From Cetorhinus maximus (taxonomy: Eukaryota), in NCBI RefSeq assembly GCF_964194155.1, contig NC_135885.1, positions 84,940,001 through 85,004,000 on the forward strand: DNA of 64,000 bases, in the 5' to 3' direction. Both the position numbers and the translations under genes were made by a program. The notes beneath the pieces were generated by a model. It saw only the letters and a list, made by a program, of their open reading frames with translations. It had not been told where the DNA came from and did not search any database. Below, in pieces: positions 11,736-23,319 of this stretch (position 1 is the stretch's first letter; each line of letters opens with the position of its first letter).

Positions 11736-12420
11736 AGGCCTGGATTTTTGCCGAGTGGTGGTAAAAATGATGGTTGGGTCCTGATTCCGGGATTCCTGAC
11801 CCCATTCCCGGGTTTCTGATTTTTTTGGGAGTATCTTTTAAGGGTCCGGGCTGGATTGGGTCCTGAGCCCACACCTGGCACTCCTGACCTGGCTGGCTCC
11901 ATTCCAGGGATAGCCATGTCCTAGCCCTCCCGCAATTTTCATGGAGCTGGGCCAGCTTTTCAAACAGTCGTGGTTCACAGCACCTCAGAGGAGTCCTGAA
12001 CCATAGTCCGCTTGAGGGAAGCTTTTGACAGGTAAGTTCAAAATGTCCTTCTCGTTGCCCTCCACCCACCCCCTATGGCCCCTCATGCCAAAGTATAACC
12101 CCCACCCATCACTATGGCTCCTCATGCCCCCATGCCAACATATGCCCCGCAAACATCCCTTAAGGCCCCATGTGCCCCATGCCAAACAATGGCATTTCCA
12201 TGCCCATTCAACCACCATGCACTGTATAAAAGCAATGAACCCTATAGTGACAGTGGTATGTGTAAAATAAAAGCTTTAAAAAAGTCATTCATTGATAACG
12301 CTCCACTTACTTTAAAAAAAAAACTCCTTTTTACTAAAGGGCAATAAGAATGTCAATTATCCAGACCCTTTAAAGTATCAATAGCTGAAATTGCAAGCAC
12401 TTGAAACCTCTTTATCTTGT
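11736..12420 (+). mobile_element. Harbinger-type non-autonomous family B, one-ended copy
   Basis: Starts GGCCTGGATTTTT; colinear with the reverse complement of 59930-60528 (GGATTCCTGACCCCATTCCC, CAATTTTCATGGAG, AGCACCTCAGAGG, TCCAGACCCTTTAAAG). Confidence 0.8.
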
Positions 12421-12584
12421 ATAAATAAACATTGTGAAATTGACAGCATAGATCAGTGAGCAGACCTGACAATCAAGTAATGTTTTCTCTGCGGCTCATA
12501 TTCTGCTCATCCAGCACTGGATGTCAGATAGGCAGTGTGATGTTGTAGGCAGTGCAGGGTCAGGAGAAGTGGAGGGATTTAGAA

Positions 12585-12682
12585 TAAATAAAAACAGAAA
12601 ATGTGTGAAAAACTCAGCAGGTCTGACAGCATCTATGGAGAGAAAGAGTTAATGTTTCGAGTCCGTATGACTTCTTCAGAAT
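12585..12682 (-). mobile_element. Penelope pLTR fragment with hammerhead core
   Basis: Reverse strand: TTCTGAAGAAGTCATACGGACTCGAAACATTAACTC followed by the same tail as 2330-2395. Confidence 0.8.
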
Positions 12683-12689
12683 ATTTTTC

Positions 12690-13368
12690 TGATTAATGTT
12701 GGGAAAACCAAAGCCATTGTTTTCAGTCCCACCACAAACTCTGTTCCCTGGCCACTGTTTCCTTCCCACCTTTGGTCACTATCTGTGGCTGAAGCAAACC
12801 ATTTGCCCTTACCTCAACTCATCGGGTGCTGAAACTATGCCTTTGTTACCTCCAGATGCAACTATGCCAATGCTCTTTCGGCCAGTCTCTCACCTTCCAC
12901 CCTCTGTGAACTTGAGCTCATCCAAAATTCTGCGGCCCATATCCTAATTTGCACCAAGACCTATTCACTCATTACTCCTGTAATATACCTAGGTTCACTC
13001 CCAGTCCAGCAATGTCTTGTTTCTTATTCTTTGTATTCAAACCCTTCCAAGGCTTTGCCCTTCCCTATTTCTCGATCCTCCCCAAATCGTACAAACCCCT
13101 GAGATCTTCGTGCTCCTCCAATTCTGGCCTCTTGCGCAACCTGATTTTCATCAACCCATCACTGGCAACCATTCAACTGTCTGGGCCTTAAATTCTCGAA
13201 TTCCTTTGTGAAACCCTTTTCAGATGCTCCATAAAATCTACTTCTTTGACCAAATCTGTCCTAATTTCACTATGTGGCTGTGTGCAATTTTTTTTTGTTA
13301 ACATTCTCATGAAGTGCCTTAAGCCATTTTACTGCATGAAAGGTACTATATAAATGCAAGTTGCTGTT
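12690..13368 (+). mobile_element. L2 LINE 3' fragment
   Basis: Degenerate RT C-terminal region and tail AAGGTACTATATAAATGCAAGTTGCTGTT shared with 39440, 42175, 43272 and 51345. Confidence 0.8.
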
Positions 13369-13914
13369 AAAAAAACTGTCAGGAAGCACCATTATTTGAA
13401 AAAAAACAGCAGGCAGCACTGTTTAAAATCATGCTGCTGGTTAACTGTTAATGCAGCTTTGCAACATTAGTTAGATAAAGCCCAGTTTCCAATAGAAGCA
13501 TTTCACATCAATGTCTTTCTCACAATCCACGTCAAAACACCTCACATTGTACTTAGCCTGTAGTGTCAAATCCACTCATTTGAAATCAGTTCTTACAAGC
13601 TGGAGTTTTATGATTTACTATTTTTTTGTTAACTTCAGTTTCACTTCAACACCAGGAACAGCATGTATTCTGCCAAGGAGACTCTTTGGAAACAAAGCAC
13701 TGATATGTCAGAAGAACAAAAGGGAGCAACTGGTATTAATGAGCTGGGCAATTATTAAAACAGTTCAAGGTTACCCATTACCGCATTCTCTCTTATAAAG
13801 TGCACACTCTGCCTCAGCTGTAAACAACAGATGTAGGTGGACATAGGTTATTCTCATTGCAATTTAATAAGAACATGCATGGCTTTAACTATTAGATTAA
13901 AATATCTTTTTTTA

Positions 13915-14198
13915 ATTTAGCAGAAGAGTCAATAACCAGAAGTCAGAGAATGAAGGTAATTGGCAAAAGAACCAGAGGCAACAGGGAGTTATTACAATCT
14001 GGATGTGCTGCCTGAAAGGGTGCTGCAAGCAGAACCAGTAACAACTTTCAAAAGGGAACTGGATAAATACTTGAAGTGAAAATATTCGAAGGACTATGGA
14101 GAAAGAGCACAGGTGTGAGACTAAATAGATAGCTCTTTCAAGGAGCTGGCAAAGGCAGCAATGGGACTCCCTTTCTGCTGTATCATTCTGTGATTTTA
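13915..14198 (+). mobile_element. CR1 LINE 3' end fragment
   Basis: Similar to the 3' end of the copy at 38085-38825 (GGCAAAAGAA.., CTTTCAAAAGGGAACTGGATAAATAC, TTCTGCTGTATCATTCTGTG tail). Confidence 0.8.
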
Positions 14199-14952
14199 CG
14201 ACTTTAGTAGAGGTGCACTCATATGAAGCCACAGCAAGTCAAACAGTTACCTGTAGTTCACTGCCACTTCCCAAATACAATGAAATTATACCATAAAAGG
14301 AAATACTCCAGGAAATAACATTTACATAACTATCGATTTAAATTAACACACAGTTCAAACAGTACATCTTGACAAGTTTCCTATTCTTACAGCGCATTTT
14401 GCTCTGAAATTATTCTTGTCCAACTTCAGATATATCTCACATGCCAAATTCAGCAAGTGTTCAGTCTCTGATGCCTTGTATAATCATTTAATCTGAACAA
14501 GTAAGAACAATGGGCACCGGTACTCCTTCTTGGTTTTGTTTTGCGTTATGTTTTGTCTTGAATCCACAGCACATCAAACTGCATTGGAAATGGGGTTCCT
14601 GGAGCTTGATTTGTGATATTAAAAAGTGATAATCACAATACATGATTTAGAGTCACAGGTGGAATTTTCCGTGCTCGCTGGCATTAGGCGTGCTCGGTGG
14701 TGTGAGCGGACAATACAGCAAGAAGGCCAGAAATCAGCTTCACAGCGTCGTGAAACCAGTTTGCGATCGTCCGCTCAGCCCGTTGATGGCGGGCCCCGTT
14801 TCCCGCCATCAAACGTCGGGAGCCTCATTGTAATACATCTGCATATCATAAGGCCAGCCCACCGGAATCATCCCCCCCTCCCCCCACTGCTGGATTGACG
14901 CCCACTTTGGCGTGATTGCATGCCAATGTGGGCAGCATATAGAAGTCATGCA

Positions 14953-15962
14953 TTTTTAAAAAATTCATTCTTGGGATGTGGGCTTTGCTGGCTGGGCAAG
15001 CATTTATTGCCCATCCCTAGCTGCCCTTGAGAAGGTGGTGGTGAGCTGCCTTTTGAACCGCTGCAGTCCATGTGGTGTAGGTACACCCACAGTGCTGTTA
15101 GGAAGGGAGTTCGAGGATTTTGACCCAGTGACAGTGAAGGAACAGCGATATATTTCCAAGTCAGGATGGTGAGTGACTTGGAGGGGAACTTGCAGGTGGC
15201 AGTGTTCCCATCTATCTGCTGCCCTGACCTTCTAGATGGTCGTGGTCATGGGTTTGGAAGGTGCTATCGAAGGAGCCTTGGTGAATTCCTGTAGTGCACC
15301 TTATAGGTGATACACACTGCTGCTACCATGCGTCAGTGGTGGGGGGAGTGAATGTTTGTGGGTGTGGTGCCAATCAAGTGGGCTGCTTTGTCCTGGACAG
15401 TGTCAACCTTCTTGGGTGTTGTGGGAGCTGCACTCATCAAGGCAAATAGGGGGTATTCCATCACACTCCTGACTTGTGCCTTGTAGATGGTGGACAGGCT
15501 TTGGTTAGTCAGGAGGTGGGTTACTCGTCGCATGATTCCTAGCCTCTGACCCGCTCTTGCAGCCACAGTATTTATATGGCTAGTCCAGTTCAGTTTCTGG
15601 TCAATGGTAACCCCCAGGATGTTGATAGCAGGGGATTCAGTGATGGTAATGCCATTGAACATCAAGGGGCGATGGTTGGATTCTCTCTTGTTGGAGGTGG
15701 TCATTGCCTGGCACTTGTGTGGCGCAACTGTTACTTGCCACTTGTCAGCCCAAGCCTGGATATATTGTCCAGATCTTGCTGCATTTGGACATGGACTGCT
15801 TCAGTATCTGAGGAGTCGCAAATGGTGCTGAACATTGTGCAATTATCAGCGAACATCCCCACCTTTGACCTTATGATGGAAGGAAGGTCATTGATGAAGC
15901 AGCTGAAGATGGTTGGGCCGAGGGCACTACCCTGAGGAACTCCTGCCGTGATGTCCTGGAGG
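14953..15962 (-). mobile_element. CR1/L2-group LINE, 5'-truncated, inserted in Harbinger left arm
   Basis: RT motifs QDITAGVPQGSALGPTIFSCFINDL..MFADNC and LNWTSHIN..LSTIYKAQVRSVMEY; tail GGGCAATAAATGC..GCCCACATCCC. Confidence 0.92.
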
Positions 15963-16854
15963 TGGGCTGCACTTTGAGGGGAACTCGGAGATGAGTGCAC
16001 AATAATGTTGTGCAGCTCTTGCCCGGGTCACCTGTTGGGCTTTCAGGTTGAGGCACGTTGGGGGAGGAGGGCAAGGACGCCTTGCGGTTGAGTCACATTC
16101 AGGGGGGGCAAGGGCTGTCCTGCCGTTGAGGTGCATTTGGAGGGTGGGGGGGGGGGGGCAAAGGCTGCACTGTGGTTGAAGGTAGTCCACAAGCACGTGC
16201 GGGATCGAGGGGGGGAGCGGCCACTCATTAGGAAAACCTTGTATAAAGTGACCATTCACCCACAGCTGAGACAGTTCAGACGCAGCCAGATTGACATGCG
16301 TGGATTCAGGCCTCTAGCTTATCTGCCCACTCAAGCAAAGCAGAGGCATGAAAGTGCCACTAACTGCTCCAGAGCTTTCACCCCTCGGGCACAGACTGCA
16401 AATTACTGAGCGTTTTAGTGGACTGCAGAACAGTTAGATGACTGGGCACATTGTACAATCTCCTTGCTAAAGTTGGCCGTGGAACAGTCACTGGTGGAGG
16501 TCCTCACAGCCCCTTGCAATGTCAGCATCCTGGTTTGGACCAATCTCCCCCATGGTTCAAGCTAACAGCGCAGCCTTGCAGTGCAGGTTAGGAGAATGCC
16601 TGCGCCTGAGCTGAGGGCACAGCATGCAGTCCAGTGGGCAAAGCTGCCGCCAATCAGTCAGGAGGAGTTGGGTGGAGGAGGTTGGGGTTTCGTGGAGCCA
16701 TGCAGAGCACTAAACTCTGGCCATCAAAGTGATGGCCAGCGCTCTCTGGGATGCGTTAAGGGGACTTCACACTTAACCAAGAGAGGTTCTTAGAACACCC
16801 AAGCTAACCCATACGTCTCTCTTTTTCATCCTGCAGGAGGAATACATCAGGAGC

Positions 16855-17740
16855 ATGCAGCCTGGTGAATTAGCTGTATGTCTCGTGGCGTACAGAGAGT
16901 GAAGACGACAGAGAAGAGAGCAACTGAAGCACGTGGCTGTGCAGAGACAGGAGCAGCACCCTCAGGAAGAAGAGGTGGCTGGGGCTCCCACACACACCAT
17001 TGAAGAGCCACAGCACGCAATCGCTGGTCAGCGCCTAGCCAGACCTTGGCTCTATAAATGCCACCTTTCATTCCTGCAGATGTCCAAGAACAGTGTCGCT
17101 GAAGACTGCGCATGTCCAGGGAACTGGTTGGTCACATCTGGCAGCGACTGCAGGATTTGGCGCCACGGGGACATGGAGGGAATCCCCTAACCCGTGGCCG
17201 TGAAAGTGACAGCGGCGCTCAATTTCTGTGCCAGTGGCTCCTTTCAGGGCTCCACAGTTGACCTCTGTGGGATATCGCAAGCCTTCACCCACAAATGCAT
17301 CCATGAGGTCATGGATGCCACCTTCACTAGAGCACACAATTTTGTGCATTTCGTCCAGGACCAGGAGAGCCAGGATGCAAGACCGATTGGATTTGCCCAG
17401 ATCTCAGGTTTCCCACAGATGCAGGGTGCCATTGACTGCACTCACGTGGAGGTCAGGTCTCTGTCACAACACACGGTCAACTATGTCAACTGCAAGGGCT
17501 TCCCATTTGCTGAATGTGCAGCCTGCTGCGTCCTTTACAACCTGGCACTGCAATGGGGAGAGGAGCTGGCTGAGGAGGAGATGGAGGAGCTGAAGGTCTC
17601 CTCCGATGAGGAGGAAGTCGATGGTGATGAGAGTGATGAGGTCCTCGAGGGTGACGATGACAATGTCCTCGCACTGGCAGGCGCACTCGGGAGGCCCTCA
17701 TAGCTGCTAGATTCATGCAGGATGATGACGATGCAGTGAG
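16855..17740 (+). pseudogene. HARBI1-like (DDE_Tnp_4) Harbinger transposase pseudogene with internal deletion
   Basis: MQPGEL.. then RLRMSREL..PVAVKVTAALNFCASGSFQ..GISQ..GFPQMQGAIDCTHV..YVNCKGF..LNVQ fused directly to ACCVLYNLA and an acidic tail. Stops and frameshifts present; upstream acceptor CTTTTTCATCCTGCAG ends at 16836. Confidence 0.92.
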
Positions 17741-18000
17741 AAGACCCCATAGATCCTCACAATGCATCTATGAACGTTTGACTCCAGTCTGGCTTATGGC
17801 ACATACCCTCTGTGATAATGCTCCTGTCATGGAGACGCAGTGGAGGCCCTAATAGTCGCTCAATTTCAGGGCGATGAAGACAACATGCAGCGAGGACGCT
17901 CCATAGATCTTCACATAGCCTCTGAGAATGTCTGATTCCTGTCTGGCTGAGGGCAGCTCGCTTGCGCTCTGTGATCAGGGTCAAATCATAAAGACGCAAC
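17690..18000 (+). repeat. Diverged tandem duplication, period ~152 bp
   Basis: Units start GGAGGCCCT at 17690 and 17842 and share ATGCAG.GAG, CCATAGATC.TCACA, GTCTGGCT, CTCTGTGAT and AGACGCA. Confidence 0.8.
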
Positions 18001-18444
18001 CATGAAACTTTAAAAGCACCTGATCCTTCATCCACCTTCAGCACCTGAGCCCTTCAGGAGCACACCATCACTGGTCACAGATGAAGTGATGGAGGCCAGC
18101 CCCACCTTAAAGGTGCTGAGAGCACACAGAGAGAATGTCGGAACTCTGTGACGCCTGTCCATGACATTCTAGCCGCAATGACAAGCGCTATCAAGATGCA
18201 GGAATCAGAAATGTGTCCAGGGACTGTGAGGCCAGACCATCAGTTCAGTCTGAAGGCTGTACAATGAACAGCGAAGAAGCCCTGGACTGAGACACTATCT
18301 TGTGCAGAAAGATTTCACAACTGAGTGACATGAACACTGCTCATCAGAACAAGGAGCCATAGGCAGGGAGATGTTCTTGGGAATGTATTTACAATGGTGA
18401 ACATTATGTACAAGTGATTAACATCCATGCCCAGGCTATGCAAC

Positions 18445-20468
18445 TGCAACTTCTTAATCTTCCTAACCCTGCCACTACATCTTGTTGCTCCCCCGACATC
18501 CACAGCAGAGCTGGAGGCAGACTGCGGACTGCTACACCCTGTCTGTGATGACCTTGGTGGGCGTCCTCTGGAGGGACGAGACCTAGAGTGCCCCAGCCTG
18601 CTTTTGGGATCCTGCTATGTGGCAGTGGCTCCCCCCTCGGCCTGTGGAGCTGGAGCTGCTGAGGTCACAGGAAGGGGGAATTCAGATGGGCTGGGCACTC
18701 CCGGAGTCACCTAGGTGGATGGCCCAGGGTGTGTACCTGCTGATCGTATGGGTGCCCAAGGACCCTGGCTGACTCCTTGAAGAGAAGGGGAAGCTGGAGT
18801 GAGAGTGAGCTGCCCTGCACCCCTCTCACATGCACACTGTTGGAGGCAAACTATTGCGTCAGCAATGGAGTTGAGTCTGTGCAGCAGTGCAGGAGCGACG
18901 TCCTGGACCAAGGCCTCCATTGCGGCTGCCATCCTACCAGTGTTGACTGGTACATTGGCATGCCGGCGCTATCACCTCAGACTGAAGGGGGGGATGGACT
19001 CCTCCATCGTGCATCGCAATCTCAGAAGAGTGCAGCGGACATCCCTTCCTGATGTTCCCGAGCTTGCCTTTGCAGATCCAGCAACTGAGACATGACCGAG
19101 TCCAGTGGCTCGTCATCTGACTCAGACTCAGCAAATTTCCGGCTTCCAGCAGTTCTCCAGCCGCCGCCTGCTGTGGATCAGAAAGTGCGATGTGCTCACT
19201 AGATTGTGACCCCAAGGCTACTCTAAAGCTAGGTCCCACCGAGGTATGTGTCTCTGTGCTGGTAGAAGGTGTGGGTGGGCTAGTAATGGGTCTTCAATGA
19301 GGGTGCCTTCGGAGATTTCTTCAGGGCTTGAGTTGAGGGCCTGTGTCGTGATCTCTATATGCTCTTTCCCAGATGTGCCTGCAAAAGCAAGGAGAGATCA
19401 TTAGTGCATGGCAGTGGCCTGTGACACATTACTCACAGCATGGTTGTCTGATGGATGTTGCACTTTTTTTTTGTTCGTTCATGGGGCGTGGGCGTCGCTG
19501 ACTACGCCAGCATTTATTGCCCATCCCTAATTGCCCTTGTTCAGAGGGCATTTAAGAGTCAACAACATTGCTGTGAGTCACATGTAGGCCAGACCAGGTA
19601 AGGACAGCAGATTTCCTTCCCTAAAGGACATTAGTGAACCAGATGGGTTTTTATGACAATCAACAGTAGTATCACGGTTATCATCAGACTTTTAATTCCA
19701 GATTTATATTGAATTCAAATTCCACCATCTGCCGTGTCGAGATTCGAACCCGGGTCCCAAGAGCATTACCCTGGGTCTCTGGATTGCTAGTCCAGTGACA
19801 CTATCACTACATCATTGCCTCCCGTTAAGGGATCCTCACTTGGAGAGCACCACAGACCTCACAGTCAGCACACGAATGGTCCAGATCGTCACCGATCAGC
19901 TAGATGGCTCTGTTTTGAAAGTCCGTGAGGACCTTGATTTCAGGCAGTCCTCCACCAGTCTGCGACCTCTCCTCTTGTTGTGTGCCAGCTAGTCCTGCAT
20001 GAATACAGATGGAGAGAGTGTAAGCAGGACACCTGCCAGGCCAGATGATAAGTATGCCTGGCGTGTGTGGGTGGTGAGTGGTCCCATGGATGGGATGAGG
20101 ACAATGAAGGTGCGTGAGAGAATGAATGGTGATGTCCCTTCAACTGGCAGTGAGTGAGGGCCCTGTGGATGAGTGATGGGTTTGTGAGTATGAGAGTTGA
20201 GAGTGATGAGAAGAGTGACTTACCCTGGCGGAACGGAGATCATCATTCATCCTCTTTCTGCACTGGATGCTTGTCCTATTTTGCAGGGCGCTGGCGCTGA
20301 CCACCACTGCCACTGCCTCCCAAGCTGGGTTGGTGATGCCACTGCCCCTCCTGCGGACAGAGCAGGGGTAGAGGACATCACCGCGGTCCTCCTTTGCGTT
20401 CAACAGGCGCTCGAAGGACATGTCACTAAACTGGGGGCGTCTACAGTCTTCTTGCCTTTCGGGGCCAT
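18445..20468 (-). pseudogene. Harbinger Myb/SANT-like DNA-binding protein pseudogene, 3 exons (20468-20224, 19994-19840, 19378-~18445)
   Basis: Exon 1: MAPKGKK..P/FSDMSFERLL..VLYP..AWEAVAVVVSA..RTSIQCRKRMND.LRSAR|GTAAGT. Exon 2 after TTCATGCAG: D*LAHNKR/RSQTGGGLPEIKVLT..|GTGAGG. Exon 3 after CTTGCTTTTGCAG ends RCSGRVRKIKKL. Stops and frameshifts present. Confidence 0.88.
19464..19823 (-). mobile_element. tRNA-derived SINE in intron 2 of the Myb gene
   Basis: Head with B-box GGGTTCGAATC, 3' tail shared with the LINE at 14953, poly(A) end. Confidence 0.88.
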
Positions 20469-20777
20469 GTCTTCTGTGCAGCAGTCATGGGCTGGAAGCA
20501 CTCAAGAGGTGTGCTCGCAGCTGTACTTTAAATGTGGTGCCCGGCATGATGGTGTGGCAAAGTGATGGCGTGGTGGGCAAATGAGAGCCTGCCCACCATC
20601 CAACCAGCATGTTTCCCGGGAATGCATAATTAACGTAGCGGTTTTGGGACGAAACGGTGTGAAAAACAACAATTTTCCCGCCCATTACCGCATTTAGTGC
20701 AAACCTGGGACAATTCCACCCACAGTTATACATGGAATTAACTCATTCATCCAGAGGCCCAGTTATTAGATTGGCCT

Positions 20778-21330
20778 TAAAAAAAATAGAAAATGCTGGA
20801 AATACTCAACAGATCAAGCAGCATCTGTGGAGAGAGAAACGAAGTTACCACTTCAGGTTGATGACCTTTTATCGGAACTGGAAAAAGGAATGTGCAGCAG
20901 ATTTTAAGCAATTACAAAGACAGCGAAAGGGGCGGGCGGGGGACAAAAAGGTCAGTCTGGGATAGGAGGCAGGAGAAATTAAATGGGAAAAGGTTGATGT
21001 TACATTTCACAAGGGGGTGGTAATTGGAGAAGTATATAAATATAAGGTTAGTCTAGAGGAGTAGTAAATGGGAAAAGCAGAATCATTTCCAACAGCTGCT
21101 GAAATGGGGGCAGTGGTTATGGTCCGGGATTGTTGAACTCAATATTGAGTCCAGAAAGCTGCAAAGTGCCTGCCTGAAAGATGAGCTGCTGTTCCTCAAG
21201 CTTACACTGAGCTTCATGAGAACAGTGTAGGAAGCTGAGACTAGGGAGGTCAGAATGAGAATGGAAGAATTAAAATGATCAGTGACTGGACAAGGTCACG
21301 CTTTGCAGAACACCTCTGTTCAGTCTGCAG
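20778..21330 (-). mobile_element. Penelope-like fragment with inverted 5' piece
   Basis: Minus strand: PVTDHFNS..LLHCSHEAQCKLEEQQLIFQAGTLQLSGLNIEFNN plus UTR; 21299-21328 reads RFAEHLCSVC on the plus strand. Confidence 0.8.
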
Positions 21331-21544
21331 TGCCAATTTAATACAGCAATCTTTAAAGTAATAGAAAAACAGTCATTTGAAATGTGCAACGGAACTCCCA
21401 AACAACTAAAAATATCGAGACAGGAGTCAGAACGTTAGTAGCACTGAGGAAAATAATTTCATTCACACTTAGAAAAGAGAAAGGAAGACTGCCGTTTCAT
21501 CCTGGATTCTTACTTGCAGCCTGAAGGGCAATTAAACTCCAACT

Positions 21545-21888
21545 TCGGGTTGCCAAACCTCCAGGATTGGCCTGGAGCCTTCAGGAATGAAGAGCAATCT
21601 CCAGGACACCGCTGTGTGCAACCCTGGAGAAATACCACTGGGACATTAAACAAAGGTTGTTCTTTTTTGTCATTTCCTTTGAACATTTCTCTTTAAAATA
21701 TTGAAAATAAGAAAAAAAAGCTGCTTGGCTGACAGTCAAGCATCATCCGATTGGGTAATGAGTCTTACTGGCATAGAAAAGCAATACATCGCAAGGATGG
21801 ATGTGTTGTCTGACTAATGGCTGGAGTGTGGGGGGAAACTCATGTGATAAACCTCCAGGAATATATTTAATCACAGTTGGTAACCATA
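21545..21888. mobile_element. Non-autonomous hAT element (TAGGGTTGCCA-type ends), 344 bp
   Basis: TIRs TCGGGTTGCCAA / TTGGTAACCATA; 8-bp TSD CTCCAACT / CTCCAGCT; subterminal CTCCAGGA repeats. Confidence 0.85.
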
Positions 21889-22327
21889 CTCCAGCTGACC
21901 TCATCCGTCACAGTTGCCTCGCTAAACAATTAAACTCTGATTTCAACCTTCAAAATTCTTCACCAAACAATTAAATTCTGGCCTGTTACCCTGTTACAGA
22001 TGCACTTTAAAACCGGGATAACGAATGGAGCATGGTATAATTCTCTTGACTTTCTCAAAACAGTTTATCACCGAACTTAATTTGAGCATAGCCATTCAAG
22101 ATCTGCAGCTTCATGTGTGCGTGAATGTGTGTCAATTTATGTTGTTATTGTACAGTGAGTCAGACCAAGTACAATCTTCAGATTAAGCAAGATTAGAGGC
22201 AGAGATAACTGCAACAGGGCACACAAACAAAATCATATATTCTAACCCTATTTTTATGTACCCATTATAAATTCCTATCTCCACATTTATGATGACAATT
22301 ACCAATTACCCTGTTATCACATCCTCC

Positions 22328-22533
22328 TTTTTTTATATTCATTCATGCGATGTGGGCGTCGCTGGCTAGGCCAGCATTTATTGCCCATCCATAATTGCCC
22401 TTGGTCATCATCAGGCTTTTAATTCCAGAGTTTTATAGAATGCTGTGGTGGGATTTGAACCTGGGTCCCTAGAACATTGCCCTGGTTCTCTGGAATACTA
22501 GACCAGTGACAATACCTCTATGCCACCGACTCC
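22328..22533 (-). mobile_element. tRNA-derived SINE, internally deleted (same family as 19464)
   Basis: Same head (CCAGTGACA, GAACC.GGGTCCC) and tail (GCCAGCATTTATTGCCCATCC) as 19464-19823. Confidence 0.85.
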
Positions 22534-22584
22534 TTTACGTGATGCTGCTGCAGTGCTTTCACTGGGCAAGTGTAAAATTACAAT

Positions 22585-23234
22585 TGGCAGGATTTTTGGA
22601 TGGTGGGCGAGGAACACTTCCCTACTGATGCTTGCTGCCCTGCAGCTATTTAATGCTCCAAGAAGCGTTAATCGGCTGAAGACAGGACTTCCGCCCCTCA
22701 CTCAGGCAGAAGTCTAGCCTCAGAGTTCTGCCGGCCAATCTGATTGGCTAGCAGCTCAGTAGCCCCAGGAGCACAGTGGCCAAGACTAGGATTACAAGCA
22801 GTCCCCAGATTCTAAATCCTGGAATGTAGGACCAGGTGAGGGTGATCTCACAGCAGGGAGGGAAGGTGAGGCCCGAGGGGTGTGGGGATCTTGATGGAGG
22901 GGCCAAGGGGGGAAGCAGACCTTGGCGGGGGTGGGGGGGATTCCCAACGTGGAAAGGAGGCCCCTCCTCCCTGCCCATGACCCCAGCAGGGTGACTTTCC
23001 AGGCTTCCCTGCTGCTCCTGACCTCCTCCCTCAAGATTGGTCATTGATTGCCAAATTCAGGGCCTCAATTGAGGAAAGGGTGGGCGAGCTGGCCTAAGCC
23101 TCGCCCATTCCACTGTAAAATTGCAGACAGATCAGGGCAGCTGGGAGGATGGTGGGAAGGCCATCTAGGGAATTTTATGGCCTCCTGCTCCTCACCTGCA
23201 AACCTGCCAGTAGGGGAGGGTATAAATTCAATCC
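22585..23234 (+). mobile_element. Harbinger-type MITE family C
   Basis: Ends TGGCAGGATTTTT / AAATTCAATCC, TSD AAT; internal CTGCC.GCCAATC..GCAGCTC block shared with 57680-58311. Confidence 0.7.
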
Positions 23235-23319
23235 AATGTGACAGGTTTACATAAATAATTTTCAACATACATGTGGATATAAGAATTTATCATGAAAAAG
23301 AATTAATTACTCGTGTACT

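Larger units (their letters stand above)
14658..20721 (+). mobile_element. PIF/Harbinger DNA transposon, full-length two-gene element (decayed), with nested LINE and SINE
   Basis: TIRs GGTGGAATTTTCC / GGACAATTCCACCC; TSD ACA (14655-57, 20722-24); contains convergent transposase (+) and Myb/SANT (-) pseudogenes. Confidence 0.92.

Noticed and set aside
14251-14405. Minus-strand exon ending CTACAG|GTAACT
   Set aside because: No good acceptor gives an open frame.
17194-17703. 169-aa ORF as a domesticated HARBI1 gene
   Set aside because: It lies between TIRs with a TSD, lacks the catalytic core and has upstream stops and frameshifts: a dead transposon copy.
19730-19823. tRNA gene
   Set aside because: The B-box is part of a SINE head; no complete cloverleaf.
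20140-20421. Myb/SANT ORF as a host MSANTD/NAIF1 gene
   Set aside because: Frameshift in exon 1, stops in exon 2, and position inside the Harbinger element.
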